DNA from: Chrysomallon squamiferum | Lineage: Eukaryota; Animalia; Mollusca | NCBI GenBank assembly: GCA_012295275.1 | Contig: CM022674.1 | Location: 17,360,001 to 17,424,000 of the forward strand | DNA length: 64,000 nt | Direction of reading: 5' to 3' | Part shown: positions 1 to 23,244 of the stretch, in pieces | Position numbering within the stretch: the first letter of the stretch is position 1 | Layout: every line of letters begins with the position of its first letter | The notes under the pieces: generated by a model | Seen by the model: the letters and a program-made list of their open reading frames with translations, nothing else | Databases searched by the model: none | Told to the model about the DNA's origin: nothing | Position numbers and translations under genes: made by a program

Positions 1-129
1 CTGAAAGTGAAAACAAAAGCAACTTGTGTAAATGAAAGTCGTGCCTCTTATTTGTCTGTGAAAACAGATAATGTGTATTAGTATTAAAATAATTTTATCC
101 ATTTTATCAATATAAATTATTGCTAAAGA

Positions 130-1200
130 TACGTGAGTATGCAACATGAAATGAGAAAAGATAAAAAGAGAAAAAAAGAGTTAAAATATAAGTGGAGAAA
201 ATGAATAGAAAATAAAGATAACCAGTAGCGAAGCTGTTCAAGAAGTCGTCATACTGAGGATGTCAAATACACAAACAGGGAGCTTAAATGCTCATCTACA
301 GCATTTTATCTGTCAACACCAATTCAACAGTAAGCCGCCACCCAACAGTCTCAGCAGTCACAGTATGGACAATGTGGACAGCACTATGGATCTCACGGTC
401 AGTATTCTGGTTTAATTTCACTAGCTGTGCACAATCAAGATGTCAGTATAAAATCAGATACTTTGACTAGAAAGTTAGATATAATGTGTGGTCAACTGGA
501 ACAATTGGACATCATCGAAAAACGACTGAATAGTATGGAAATAACTGTGTAAGATATCAGTGGTAAAATGATTGATATTAAGAAAAAAGATGTGGAAATG
601 GGTACGAATTATATTAACAAACACTTTGAAAGGAATAAAAAAGATCTCGGAGATTTGAAATATCACCGAGACAAGCCAACTCAGTCAGTGCAAAAGCTCT
701 CCCATTTGTAAAAATACCCCAAACAAAAGTCACAAAGGATTAAGGCCTTATGTCTTAAAAAGGATAGAGATTAACGTGTGCAGTTTGTAAGTAAGCTCAA
801 AGATACTATATGTACTGAAACCATTAGTAAGTATGATATAATATGTTTAGTTGAAACAAAAACAGATAAGGCTGATAACATTAATATTCTTGGCTATAAA
901 GTGTATGCTTTTGAACAGCTTTAAACTGAATATTCAGTAAAAGGAGAAAAACTAGTGATTACATATTTAAATCTGATGGAGAGATTACAGATAAATATAA
1001 ATATTTGGGCATATATTTTACAAGAAACGGTCTATTCACTTACAAGGTTAGACAACTGTATAAAAAAGCAGTGAAAGCTATGTATAGCCTAATAGCTAAA
1101 AATCGTCAGAATAATCTCTCCATCGACTGAATACTTGATTTATTGTATGGTTGTGAAATATGGGGTTTTACAAATATACAACTAATAGAAAGACTACTTA
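130..1200 (+). mobile_element. Internally deleted non-LTR retrotransposon (LINE) remnant
   Basis: Coiled-coil ORF1-like piece (QLEQLDIIEKRLNSMEIT, ~493-546); APE endonuclease N-terminus (NVCSL..SKLKD..ISKYDIICLVETK, ~773-905); post-RT motifs DKYKYLGIYFTRNG and LYGCEIWGF (~990-1170); frameshifts and stops. Confidence 0.7.
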
Positions 1201-1518
1201 TTAAATAAATAATCAATGATCAATGTTTAATCTTTAAATAAATAATCAATGATCAATGTTTAATCTTTAAATAAATAATCAATGATATATATTTGATTAA
1301 TATTTTCTCATGCTAATTCAATAAATGATTGATTTACAATTGTAAAGGGAAGATTATATGATATATTTCAGTAGTGTTCGAAACAAACAAATTACTTTCA
1401 ACAGCCATTTGTAGCTTTTTGAAATAAATAGTTGATCTCCAAATAGTTGAGAAGTAATCAATAATATTTGTAAATATTATGAATCTTTCCAGACCAAATG
1501 TCTTTTTCTCTTTTGCAG

Positions 1519-2521
1519 TATGAGAAATGCAATGTCGATGAAGAGGGATGATCAAGGAGATATTAACGAAAGATTTATCTTTCATGGAACAAGTGATGAC
1601 GTCAGTGTCATACGTGGAATCTACCACAACAACATCGACTTCAGACTGAACGAGAAACATAGAACATCGTACGGAAAGGGGGCTTGTTTTGCCCGAGATG
1701 CCAAATACAGCCACTGGTACACCACAGGATCACATTGTTTCATGTTCATTTCAAAGGTTCTTGTAGGCCAGTATGCGAAAGGTAAAAGTTCGTATTGCCG
1801 GCCTTTTTCTAGGAAATAACATGTTCTTTATGATTCCTGTGTCGTTGATGTAAATAATCCATCAATTTTTGTAATGTTTGACACTTCACAGAGTTACCCA
1901 GTGTTTCTACTTGAATATTCTGTGGAGACCAGACCAGAATTGCCTTCATCAAGCTCCTCAGTACCTGTTTCACAGGCGATTACTTCTACCAGAAATTCTC
2001 AAATGCACTCTTCAGTTAGCAGTACAACCAATGTTTCCAACACAACACCAGTATTTCACAGTTTTACTTCTACAGCCAGTACTTCCAGCACAACACAAAT
2101 AATTCACAGTTCTACTGCTACAGCCAATACTTCCAACACAACACCAAGATTTCACAGTTCTACTTCTACAGTAAATACTTCCAACACAAAACCAAGATTT
2201 CACAGTTCTACTTCTACAGTAAATACTTCCAACACAACACCAAGATTTCACAGTTCTACTTCTACAGCCAATACTTCCAATACAACACGATGACTTTACA
2301 GTTCTACTTTTACGGCCAATACTTATAACACAACACCAAGATTTTACAGTTCTACTTTTACAGCCAATACTTATAACACAACACCAAGATTTTACAGTTC
2401 TACAGTAAATACTTCCAACACAACACCAAATTCAAATTCTACAGTAAATACTTCCAACACTTCACCAAGTTCAACTTCCACAGATACTGCTAACGCATCA
2501 TACCTATGTGCGATTCTGTGA
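1519..2521 (+). pseudogene. PARP catalytic-domain terminal exon (mono-ART, PARP7/11/12-like) with Ser/Thr repeat tail and CaaX end; disrupted copy
   Basis: Acceptor ttttgcag at 1518; motifs FHGT, YGKGACFA, KVLVG, YDSCV, PSIFV, QSYP. In-frame TAA 1817-1819 (GGA in the partner copy) and TGA 2291-2293. The same frame ends YLCAIL* at 2521. Confidence 0.9.
2030..2460 (+). repeat. 48-bp coding minisatellite (16-aa NTSNTTPRFHSSTSTV) in the PARP tail
   Basis: Repeated aatacttccaacacaacaccaagatttcacagttctacttctacag units; partner array at ~35330-35730. Confidence 0.9.
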
Positions 2522-3149
2522 CATTTTTAAACACATTAATATCTCTTGGAATTATAATTTTTATTTATTTCTTGTTTTTGTTTTCTACTTTAATTTTCTA
2601 TTAAATAATCTCATTTTACTTGCTTTTCTGTATGCAGTGTAGATTTTTATTAATAATTTCTTTGCGGTTTTGTTATTTAGGGCAAGGACATCTTAACACA
2701 CGTGAACACTGGAAACTTGCCCAGGGTTCACATTAGTATGTTGTGGCTTACAGTCAATAAATAGCTATACTATACCACTCTCTACTACACTATACTATAC
2801 TATACTATACTATACTATACTATACTATACTATAATATAATATAATATAATATAATATAATATAATATAATATACTTTTATATACCGTAATAAAACATAT
2901 TATGCTGTGAAGATTTGTTATCGGAAAATGCATATTTAGCCTATGTTTCACTAAAAATAATAAACATTATTAAAGTTAAGTTTTATGATAATAAGTGGAC
3001 ATTGTGTTGGTATGCAGCCCAATGAACTGCTTGTTCCAGAGGGCTGTAATTCAGTTAAGATGACCTTGTTTATTTTGTTAGTTGCTGGGAAGAGTTTGTT
3101 TGGTTTCGTTCAACCAAAATAAAATTTAAAAAAATAAAATAAAAGTTAT

Positions 3150-3590
3150 TTTATATTTCATATTTCATGTGCACATTTCAATGTATCTATTCTCAAACTG
3201 ATCAGTTGTTCTCTACCACTTCTGCCAACTCCACAAGTGCAGGATGTGTGGTTTGAAGCCATGGATAACATATCTGATGTTCCACAGGCAGAGACATTAA
3301 ATGAGTATCTGATTTCTACATGGGTACACGATGATGCCAGATTTCCTTTGATTTTGTGGAATCATCATCTGACCACTGACCCCAGAACAAAACATGATGT
3401 GGAGATTTTTCATTCCAGAATCAACTTCACCATCCAAATATATACAGATTTGTAGAATTGATAAAAGGAATAGAAACATCAGAACCTGCTGAATTGAGGC
3501 AGACAAACTTTGGATCTGCCCTACCATGAAGAGAGTTTATAAACAGACAGAACATAGATCAGTGAGACTGAAAGCACAGCTAATCCTTGG
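3150..3590 (+). mobile_element. Mutator-like (MULE) transposase C-terminal fragment
   Basis: EYLISTWVHDDARFPLILWNHHLTTDPRTKHDVEIFHSRIN..HPNIYRFVELIK resembles the MULE W..PRTNN..E..H..N..HPN motif. Partner at ~36430-36870. Confidence 0.7.
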
Positions 3591-3796
3591 CCGGGAGGTT
3601 ATGGTCTGTTCCACTCAACACGGGAATACGATGCAGTAATAATCACATTATAATTTCCTGATCTAATCTTAACTCTTGATCGCAAATAACATGAAAACTG
3701 TTCAAATGTACAGTTGTATCAGGATAGCACATACACATTTATGTTTATGCGAGTGATTAATGTTAAAACAAAGTATATATATACACACAGATCAAT

Positions 3797-3990
3797 TTGA
3801 AATTCATTCCGAATTCACGTCGCAGGCGTACTTTAGTGCATCAGGGGCATAGGTTCAGGATCAAGAGGAGTAAAAGAGATACTGTTCATTGGAAGTGTTG
3901 CAAAGTCGGTTGTCCATCTACTTTTAATACCTCGAGAAATTTAATTACGAGCTACCGAAATCTTCAGAACCATGAACGCGACAGATGTAA
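3797..3990 (+). mobile_element. FLYWCH-type zinc-finger fragment (MULE N-terminus)
   Basis: LVHQGHRF...VHWKCCKVGCPS...NHE. Partner at ~37115-37300. Confidence 0.65.
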
Positions 3991-4625
3991 TAAAATGAAT
4001 AAATGTTATGAATAACTATAATTTTATCTATGTGAATGTTATGAATGTCCAATTATTTATAGATGTAATAAAGTGAACAAATGTTATGAATCACTATACT
4101 TTTGACTATGCAGTAAAATAAACGATGAAGAAATTTAACGATTTGTTCAGGTTATTTATTGAAACAGACTATTCCATAATCGCTTATTGTACTAGAGGTT
4201 AGCGCGCTTCAGTAATTTCTATGTAAGAACAATAGCGTTCTGTATGCGGAGGCACACCGTGTTATTCAAGATAAACGGCAGGTTATTAGTAATGAGCTCA
4301 AGCTGGTCTTGTATTGTTTAATGCGTCCGCGTTATCGGACCTCAATCATTTGGGAGGGCACCCACAGATTCACGAGTCAGTATGATACAAAGGACTCCAT
4401 TACATGGGTGTTTGGGTCAGTAGGCTATATAAGTGAATACATTACAGGGTACTAAGGTCATATACAATGGATTATATTATAGTGGTATATGGGTCGGTAG
4501 GGTTGACAATGATTTACATTACAGCGTTGAAGATCTGAGCATATTTCTCAAAAACCGTATTACAATCAGGCAAAATACATTAAAGGGACAAGTTACATCA
4601 GACTGTGTTACAGACGTGTATGGCT

Positions 4626-4796
4626 ACTTCCGGGAATAATGACGTCATGTTAATTTTTAGAAACTATGTAATGCAATTTTTTAAATTTTATATAAATGTT
4701 TATTTTATTAAATATTTTATTTTACTTGCTAAGATATTAAAGAATGTGTGGATTTATATTTAAAATAGTCAGATAAAATAAAATGAAAATGGCGGC
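4626..4796 (+). promoter_or_regulatory. Putative promoter motif cluster (ETS, CRE, YY1)
   Basis: ACTTCCGG at 4626-4633, TGACGTCA at 4640-4647, AAAATGGCGGC at 4786-4796, followed by a locally CpG-richer stretch. Confidence 0.45.
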
Positions 4797-4890
4797 TTCT
4801 GCAGATAATCGCCATGTTGGGAGATAAACCAAAATCGACTGCAGAACATCGATCGCAGGAATGACTAGAATTTTTTTTCGTATGTTGATC

Positions 4891-5030
4891 GTCCGAGATC
4901 GGATGGTGTCGTGGTTAGAGTTCGCGCTTGCTACGCTCGGTGCTTGGAGTTCGAATCCTCGCACGCTCGGATAATTTACATTTGATTTCTCATTCCAGGT
5001 GATGTCGGTAATTAAGGTAAGTTCAAGTGG
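4891..5030 (+). mobile_element. tRNA-derived SINE head
   Basis: A-box-like tggtgtcgtggtta and B-box ggagttcgaatcc at tRNA-like spacing; no clean cloverleaf. Confidence 0.6.
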
Positions 5031-5689
5031 ATATCAAGGTAAGTTAGTAGAGTTAATAATAATAGTAGTACTGGAAATAGTAGGGCTAGTAAAGACTCGT
5101 AATAATAGTAGTGGAGGTAATAGTACTGGTAGTAGTAGTAGTAGTGGTAATGGAAATACTAGGGCTAGTAATAATAGTAGTATTGGAAATAGTACGGCTA
5201 CTAATAATATTGGAAATAGTAGGGTTAGTAATAATAGTGGTACTGGAAAAACGCTCTGCTATTAGACACGTTAAAGAAATACTAATAATAAATTATTACC
5301 TATGGTACTACTACTATCTGTCATCTCGGTTTTGTTTTATATTTAAATGAAAAACACAAATTATATGGACAAAGAGTTCTTCTCTTTATAGTCTAGATTT
5401 CTTGAAGAACACATGACGATTCAAAATTTAAAGCAAATAGATTGAAAAGGGAAACAAAATAGAAGAAATATTAATTGTGTAAATGTTATGCGGAAGCTTA
5501 TTATTTAGATCTGAGATACTTCTGACTTTTCAGTGAATAAATCCTCGAGCACACTGACAGATATACAGAGACACATACATACATACATAACCCTCGGTTA
5601 CTGAGCAACCTTTTCAAACACAAATTAACAGACGACACATACTTGCTATTTGCAGGTTTTGAGAAACAATTAGATGCACACGAAAATTT

Positions 5690-5850
5690 AACGATATCGT
5701 TGTCTCTCTTCGGAGTGCGGGCGAACGAGAGCCATAGGTTCGAGTCTCCACAGCGGCATCTGAGGAGGTTGGTCAAATCATCATTGGACTTTGTCCTCCT
5801 GTGATAGCGCCTCCCCGAATATTGTCTACAGGCTAATTAGACGTAAAATA
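5690..5850 (+). mobile_element. SINE-like element, same family as 46800-46975
   Basis: B-box ggttcgagtc; blocks cagcggcatctga, ggactttgt and ccgaatattgtcta shared with 46800-46975. Confidence 0.55.
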
Positions 5851-6235
5851 TGTTAAAAACGTGCTACACAATTTACAACACTTGCGGTACGGTTTTCCAC
5901 GGATCAGATACAACAGCTAAACTTTAATGCAAAGTACATAAGAATAGTCAGTGCTAAATTATACATATAAAAACACAAGCACAGACATACGCACAAAGAA
6001 ACGTGCATGCAATTACGAGCCTACATTTAAAAGTGGAGTATCCAGATCTCTGCCTTGTTTTTAACAGTATCCATCTTAGGTTGTTATTATTTTTTTTCTA
6101 AACCAACCTTTTATAAGTATAAAGTGCAGGAACAGTATTGCATATTGGTGTATTACTACATATAGTTTATTCTACTCCATCAGTTTAGTATTATAGAACA
6201 CGGCCTTACAGAGTAATTTTTTTTAATAAATCAGG

Positions 6236-6271
<36 letters not shown>

Positions 6272-6679
6272 TTAATAATAATAATAATAATAACAATAAT
6301 AATAATAACAACAACAATAATAATAATAATAATAATAATAACAATAATAATAATAATAATTATTATTATTATTATTATTATGTTGTTGTTGTTGTTGTTG
6401 TTTAATTATGTTGTTTAATTATGACTGTTCATAGTAAATGTTGAGTAACAAATACATTGTGTTTAACTATTTTCACAGAGCAGACAAGAAAAGTGTTTAC
6501 TGATACAGTGGGATATAATTCCTTTACCACTTCCATGAATACAAAGCTTAAGTTATTTCCCTTTGGTGTTTCGAATTTATTCTTAATTTATTGTGGATTT
6601 TGATGAAAAACAAAAACAAAAGTTATATATTATCGTGGAATTAGAAAAAAGTAAAGAAAGAAACAAAAACTTTGGAGCA

Positions 6680-7480
6680 TAAATATGAATCGTGTTTAAC
6701 CATAAATGGTAAGATTACTAATCGCGTCAAATGTACAGAGGTTGTAGACAAGGGGATCTAGTACTTCACTGTGTTTTCATTTTATGTTTGGAGATTCTTA
6801 GAATCTTGGTTTGAACATTGCAATTAGGTTCGTGTGATAAAACTCCATGAGCATATGTAGAGACATTAAACTATTTTACAGGCATATATGTTCTTACAGT
6901 TGATAAAGATATAACAGATGTAATAAAATTAGGGAAAGACCAAAATGATCAGAGAAAAAATATGTTAAAAACGTGCTACACAATTTACAACACTTGCGGT
7001 ACGGTTTTCCACGGATCAGATACAACAGCTAAACTGTAATGCAAAGTTCAATAAGGTTCAAAGGTTGCTTCAGTCGTTGTTTCTTACCTTTATGAAAAAT
7101 TACTGTAATCGAAAGTTTAATTTTATCGAAAGTTATTTATATTTCTTCATCAGTACCAAATCCAACAAATTATTTCTTTAAAATATTAGAAACCCATTTC
7201 TTTAGTAATTTCACTTTATTTGGAATAAAAAAAACCTCATAAAATAGTCAGAAAAAAAAGAAAGAAGAAGAATTTTTGACGATTATGAAAATGGTGGTTT
7301 ACGAGCACAAAATATTAAGTTATTTTGTAATGCATTAAACATATCGTGGATTTAATATATAAATTCGAACGAAGACATTGCCTCTCTTTTGGGTAAATGT
7401 TGATATTCTAGAGCTTCACTGACATTGGTTTTGGGATCAGTAAAGCAAAATTGAAATAATAAAAAAATAAAAATAAAATG
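6680..7480 (+). mobile_element. L1/Tx1-like LINE reverse transcriptase fragments
   Basis: KYESCLTINGK..YRGCRQGD..FILCLEIL (~6680-6800); SLILSKVIY..P..FIWNKK..ENGGLRAQNIKLFCNALNISWI (~7110-7350). Confidence 0.7.
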
Positions 7481-8070
7481 TCTGTAAACCACAATTTTCG
7501 TTTTAAAATGGCTTAATGCTAGCTATTAGTAAAGAGTTTTCATGAAATAAATAAGAAAACAAAAAATGCAGCATATTTTTGCTATAGAGTTCGGTGATAA
7601 GTGGTGGAAAAGTGGACGTTTTCCATCTCATTCCTTATTTATTATTTTACTGTCATTATTTTTTTTATTTATTCATATATTTATGCATTTTTATTTTTTT
7701 TATTATTTATCTATTTTATTTTTATTTTTATATGAAACATAATATGTAGATACATTGTGTATGTATTTCCTGGTTGTTAGACATGAAAATAAGAACTCTT
7801 GTTTGATTTATTTATGTATGAGATAGAAATAAACGAAAAACAGAAAAATAAATTTGTACTTTTTATCATGAATGTTCACTTCGTCTATTTTTGTATTTAA
7901 TTTGTGTTTAAAATGTAAACAGGTGAATTAAAAATACAGAAATAAATGTATCATGTATTATTATTTACCTTTTGCTATTTATTTATTTATTTCTGTGTTA
8001 CTTTTCCACACATTGACGCATAATATGTGTATATGTTTGTGTATATATGTGTGCGTGAATGTACACACAC

Positions 8071-8114
<44 letters not shown>

Positions 8115-9104
8115 GTGCACTCGGCGACAAATAACCTTGGACTAACCGAGATTTGTGTATAAATTAGTGTAGCAAGTAATGACAAACCCTGTAAATCATG
8201 AACCCCTCCTAATATACAACACACAGCAGTAGTGATGCTGTTTTTAATTGCATCTGACTATAAACATTCCTTGTATATGTGGTTTTGATATGAACAACAT
8301 ATATTTCACGTTAGGAATTTTGTTCGCACATATTTTTGCCCAAAATTAATTATGTTTCTGTTTAAGAACGGTTTCAAGTAAAGTATGTCTGTTAAATAGC
8401 AAGAACAATATTTCTTGCCGCCGGAACCTCAAAGTTTGAGATTTTTCTGATTTTCTTTTTAGCTGCAGCTACAAAAAGCTCTAGTCCCATACTTGTGATA
8501 CACAAGTCAAAAATAAAAAGAGCGGCAGTCTGATTTGAAATTATTTACACACCAGCTTCCTTCATAAACAATGATTAATTAAAGTACTGATAACACCTGC
8601 TGTAGTAGTCAGAAACTGTATGTATATAAACATTTCCCTTCTGACTGAGATTCAAAGTCTATGCCAGTGGTGTGCCAGAAGACCAGGGGGCATCTCCTAG
8701 CAAATTACAAACCCTGGGATTTCCAGGGGTTTGTAATTAACTGCTACACCGGCACATTTCAGTTTTCCTTCCACCTACTGCTGATCTGTTCTGAACAAAA
8801 CAGTGGCTAATCCGGATGCTGTCTACTTCAGATACTGGGTGTAAATTCCAGAACAAAATAACAATTGATATAGTAATTAGCATTGTGAAAAGCCACACAC
8901 AGTGTTTCGAGTGCGATTACTTCTTAAACGCTGACTGCAATTTACATGTAATTAATAACCGTGTGCTGACGTTTTGTCTCTGTTTAAATATATAAATATA
9001 AACATACACAGACAGGTGTCTACCCATCACGTCTGTCTTGAACAATCAGAGCAGTATTCACTCTTTATTAAACATATCTACACACACGCACACAAAACAC
9101 ACAT

Positions 9105-9203
<99 letters not shown>

Positions 9204-9319
9204 GAGAGAGAGAGAGTTATACAAAGTCATAGAGATAAACAAGCCTACTTTTTCGTAAATACAAATAAACCGACTCACGAAAACATAACACTTATATATA
9301 AAAACAAGGAACTTGTACA

Positions 9320-9366
<47 letters not shown>

Positions 9367-10567
9367 TAAACATTACACCGTTTGAAAAAAGAAAACACAA
9401 AGGTTAGACACTACTAGATACCACTGCGAAACGCTTATCAAAGCAAGATCAAAGTTTGAAATTCTCTAAGGTGATCTTCTGTATATCAAACGGAACCGCT
9501 GCCGCCGATTGTCTATCTTCATCACTGTGTATGTGTGTACGTACACTAAAATGAGAATAGATATCGTGTTTCATACATTAACTCAGCATATGTAAAACTA
9601 AAAGGAGCCCTTGGAAACATTGTACGACTTTTCTTTCATCATGTTAATACTGTTTTGGTTTCTCTAGATTTACACCGCTTCTCGATATCTTGAATAAAAG
9701 TTTTGTCGAACCAGTCTGTCTGAAAATCATGACTATAAAAACAACCTACAGGCCAGTATGAATAATATAAGTTATCGCTTCGTTGGTTTTCATAATCTTC
9801 CAGTTCACTCGATCATATCGTGATGTTTTAAAACGAAACAGTATTCTCTGCCAGTGTCTTTGTTTGAAATATCAAACAGTTTTAATAATAATAATAATAG
9901 TTATACTACTACACACACATACACACATGCACACACACATACACTCACACACACACAAAGACCCCCCCCACACACATACATGCACACACACATTAATACG
10001 GTGCCGTCTCAGAAAAACGGACTTTGACTAACCCGGATTTCTATGTAGATTTTAGAACAAAATAACAATTTATATAGAAATTAGTATTGTCAACAGCTGC
10101 ACTCAAAATACACAGAGAAAACAAAGAAAAAACCCAGAGACTTGTAAATACCAGTCATCTTTGTCATGCACAACAACATTATTCACTCATTCTTTAACAT
10201 ATCTACACACACACAGGTGCGCACGCATGCTATCTCGTGCACACACAGGAACACACATTGAGAGAGTGAGAGAGATTTAAATACCCATTCTCTCTGGTTA
10301 AGACGCAAAGAAAGGTATTTATTCTTTTTTAAAGATATCTATATAGACGCAAGCACACACGAACACACTCATACAGGTTTAAAAATAGAGAGGCTAAGAG
10401 ATAAACAAATCTCCTTTTGTAAATACAGACAAACCAATTCATAAAACATAACATTTATCTATAAAGCAAGGAAATTCTATAATTGAATAAATACTTGCTG
10501 ATGGTGAGTTTAGAGAATAAATTACTTTTAGTAATAAATATTAGTACTGTTGTGTATATTAAATAGT

Positions 10568-11045
<478 letters not shown>

Positions 11046-11094
11046 ACTTCATATCTCTCTCTCTATTCATATCGCTCCCTTTTTTTTCTCTCAC

Positions 11095-18040
<6,946 letters not shown>

Positions 18041-18240
18041 NNNNNNNNNNNNNNNNNNNNNNNNNNNNNNNNNNNNNNNNNNNNNNNNNNNNNNNNNNNN
18101 NNNNNNNNNNNNNNNNNNNNNNNNNNNNNNNNNNNNNNNNNNNNNNNNNNNNNNNNNNNNNNNNNNNNNNNNNNNNNNNNNNNNNNNNNNNNNNNNNNNN
18201 NNNNNNNNNNNNNNNNNNNNNNNNNNNNNNNNNNNNNNNN
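18041..18240. other. Assembly gap (200 N)
   Basis: Run of n. Confidence 1.
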
Positions 18241-20082
18241 ACCCAAAGTCGTCAAGTTACAATCCATCCAATCTAACAACAGAAATGTGATTAATTAAAA
18301 TACCTAAATACATTAATACATAATGATATGAGCCGCCTCCAATTAATGGGTATGCGCCGATTAAGGATCGCTGTAGACAAAATATGTCTTTTCCCGAGTA
18401 AATTGATTACGGCAATAATCTTGACAACAACTAAAATACCTAAATACATTAATACGTAACGATATGAGCCGAGTGCTATAAAATAACGCACAGACCAGTG
18501 TCCAGTTACAACGCATTGGCTGTCCAGCACTAAACACTTCGGAACTCGGCTCATCTCACTTTCATTTTTATATTTAGACTGGACCCCATTGCTCCCAGAC
18601 TGCATTCCCCAAAGTACTTATATAGCAAAATACCCACGGTTAAAATCACCAAAGACAAAAATAAACACGGTTATAATATTCATGTGTTTTTTCCATAAAC
18701 TAGATGTTGTGTTTATAATCAACCACTTATATGTGTGTGTGTGTTTGTATTTATGATTATTAGTTGTAGTAGTAGTAGTAGTAGTAGTAGTAGAAGTAGT
18801 AGCCGTAGTCGTAGTATTAGTAGTAGTAATGTTATTATTATTTGTTTGTTTTATTTGTATTTATTTATAATCATGTTGACGCATATATATATTGAAATAA
18901 ATAAATTAATAAATAAATAAAACAGGCAAAATTTAAATAAATAATTCAACAAATAATCAAATGACCACACAAACAAACAAACTGAAATAAAGAATGAAAA
19001 TGTTTTCCTTTTATTACAGAGATAACACGAATTCTTTACAAATCTACAGACAACACTGGTAGAAGTTTCAGGAATTTTTCCTCCACAAAATACATTTTTA
19101 TATCAGCAGTGAGGATCATTTTACAAGCTATTTTATACAGTACAACACATACTATAATTTTTATATAAAGTCAGCACTAACAAACAGAAAAGTTATGAAG
19201 ACAAACTCGATAAAGCTGGGATCGATCCTTATAATCTACCGGTATCAGGAGAAAGTTTCAAGTACCAGTAATAGTTCTCGTTTTTATATTATCATAAATT
19301 TATTTTTATCCAGAACACGAATTAAAATAAAATAATTCAGCAACATTTGCTTACATAAATTTAAATTTAACAACTCTTTCCAAAGAAAACAATTATAAAA
19401 CTAAATTTTACAAGTGTTATAAATTTACATTTAGCAATTGTTTCAAAATTAGTAGTTTATAAATTTATATGAAATAAATGCTAAAAGAAAGAAACAATTC
19501 AGATATTTTCTTTCTGTTTTTTTTTTTTTTTTTTTTTTTTTTTGAATGGCATTGTTTTCAGTATTTTGATTAAACTAAACATTCCTGTAAATTGGAATAG
19601 TGTTTCGTTTTTTATTTTTATTTCATTTCTCAAGTTAATAATTTAGGCTAGCACTATTGTCTCGTTTCAACTAATAAAACTGTTTTAATTAAAAAAAGAC
19701 GACTGTAGAGTTTTCATTACAGTTTTAGTTCAAAACAGAAGTTGTTGGAATTTTCATCACAGCTTTAATTCAAATCCGAAGATACTCGAATTTTCGTCAC
19801 AGTTTTAATTAGACGGTGAAGATGAATAAATTTCCATTATAATTTTGGTTCAGAAGAGGAGATGGTGGAATTTTCAGTACAGTTTTATTTCAAAACAGAA
19901 ATAGGTCGAATTGTCCTAACAGTTTTCGTTCAAAATTGAAGGTGGTCGAATTTTCTTTAGAGATTTAGTCCAAAACAGGAGATTGTGAAATTTTCATTAC
20001 ATTTTTATTTCCAAACAGAAGACGGTCATTTTTGTTATTACAGATATAACTTTAGTCAGAAGACAGACAAATGTTCCTAAAA

Positions 20083-22596
<2,514 letters not shown>

Positions 22597-23244
22597 TTTA
22601 TAAATGGTATCAATGTCGAAATTCAGATATCTGTATTCAGAATTAAATTAGTTTACTTATATGAAGAGATTTTAGTCGTTATTCCACAGAGGCAAATAAA
22701 CTAATAATTTCTTCAACTAATGTTTCCAAGGCACTGTCACTACCAAACTGAACTCTTCAAATATATTAATCATTTGACACAAGTTTCTGTTTTCAGTCCT
22801 GTGTTAAATATAGCCTTTTCTAATAGTTCCTGCAGCTTCTCTCGGTTTAGCTGAAACATACAGAAGCCAAACAGAACGGTAATCAAATTCGGTGAACAAA
22901 TATGTTATGCTACAGTGAATATGGATAATTTTATTAATAATGTAGTGATTATTGATATTTTTGTGTAAGTTATACTGATTCTTTCAATTCATCTGAAATA
23001 AATAGAAGGCGAACAGAATTGTTTATTCGTATAACAGTCATCAGGGAAATGATCATTTGAAATATGATTTGTTCTGTCTTGCTTCAGCGATTGGTTTAGG
23101 ACGAAATGTTTGTTATCTTTCTTTTTGTTGTTGTATCTTTGTGGGTTTTTGTTACTGATGGGAGTGTGTGTTTATATGGTTGTTCTGTTTATTTGTTATT
23201 GAGTCATGTTGTTGCTTTTCTTGTAAGTGTATATCATGTGGGAT

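Larger units (their letters stand above)
1200..4623 (+). repeat. Segmental duplication A, copy 1 (partner ~34500-38043)
   Basis: Colinear near-identical sequence: PARP last intron and exon, 3' UTR, MULE and FLYWCH fragments. Homology ends at ...gttacaga(c/a)gtgtatgg. Confidence 0.95.

Noticed and set aside
1334-1714. Minus-strand ORFs opposite the PARP exon (also 34624-35025)
   Set aside because: Antisense shadows of the PARP coding exon.
2291-2293. In-frame TGA as selenocysteine or readthrough
   Set aside because: It replaces an Arg codon of the repeat unit in a copy that already has a TAA; simple nonsense is more parsimonious.
4891-4965. Possible tRNA gene
   Set aside because: A and B boxes are present but there is no convincing acceptor stem; called as a SINE head.
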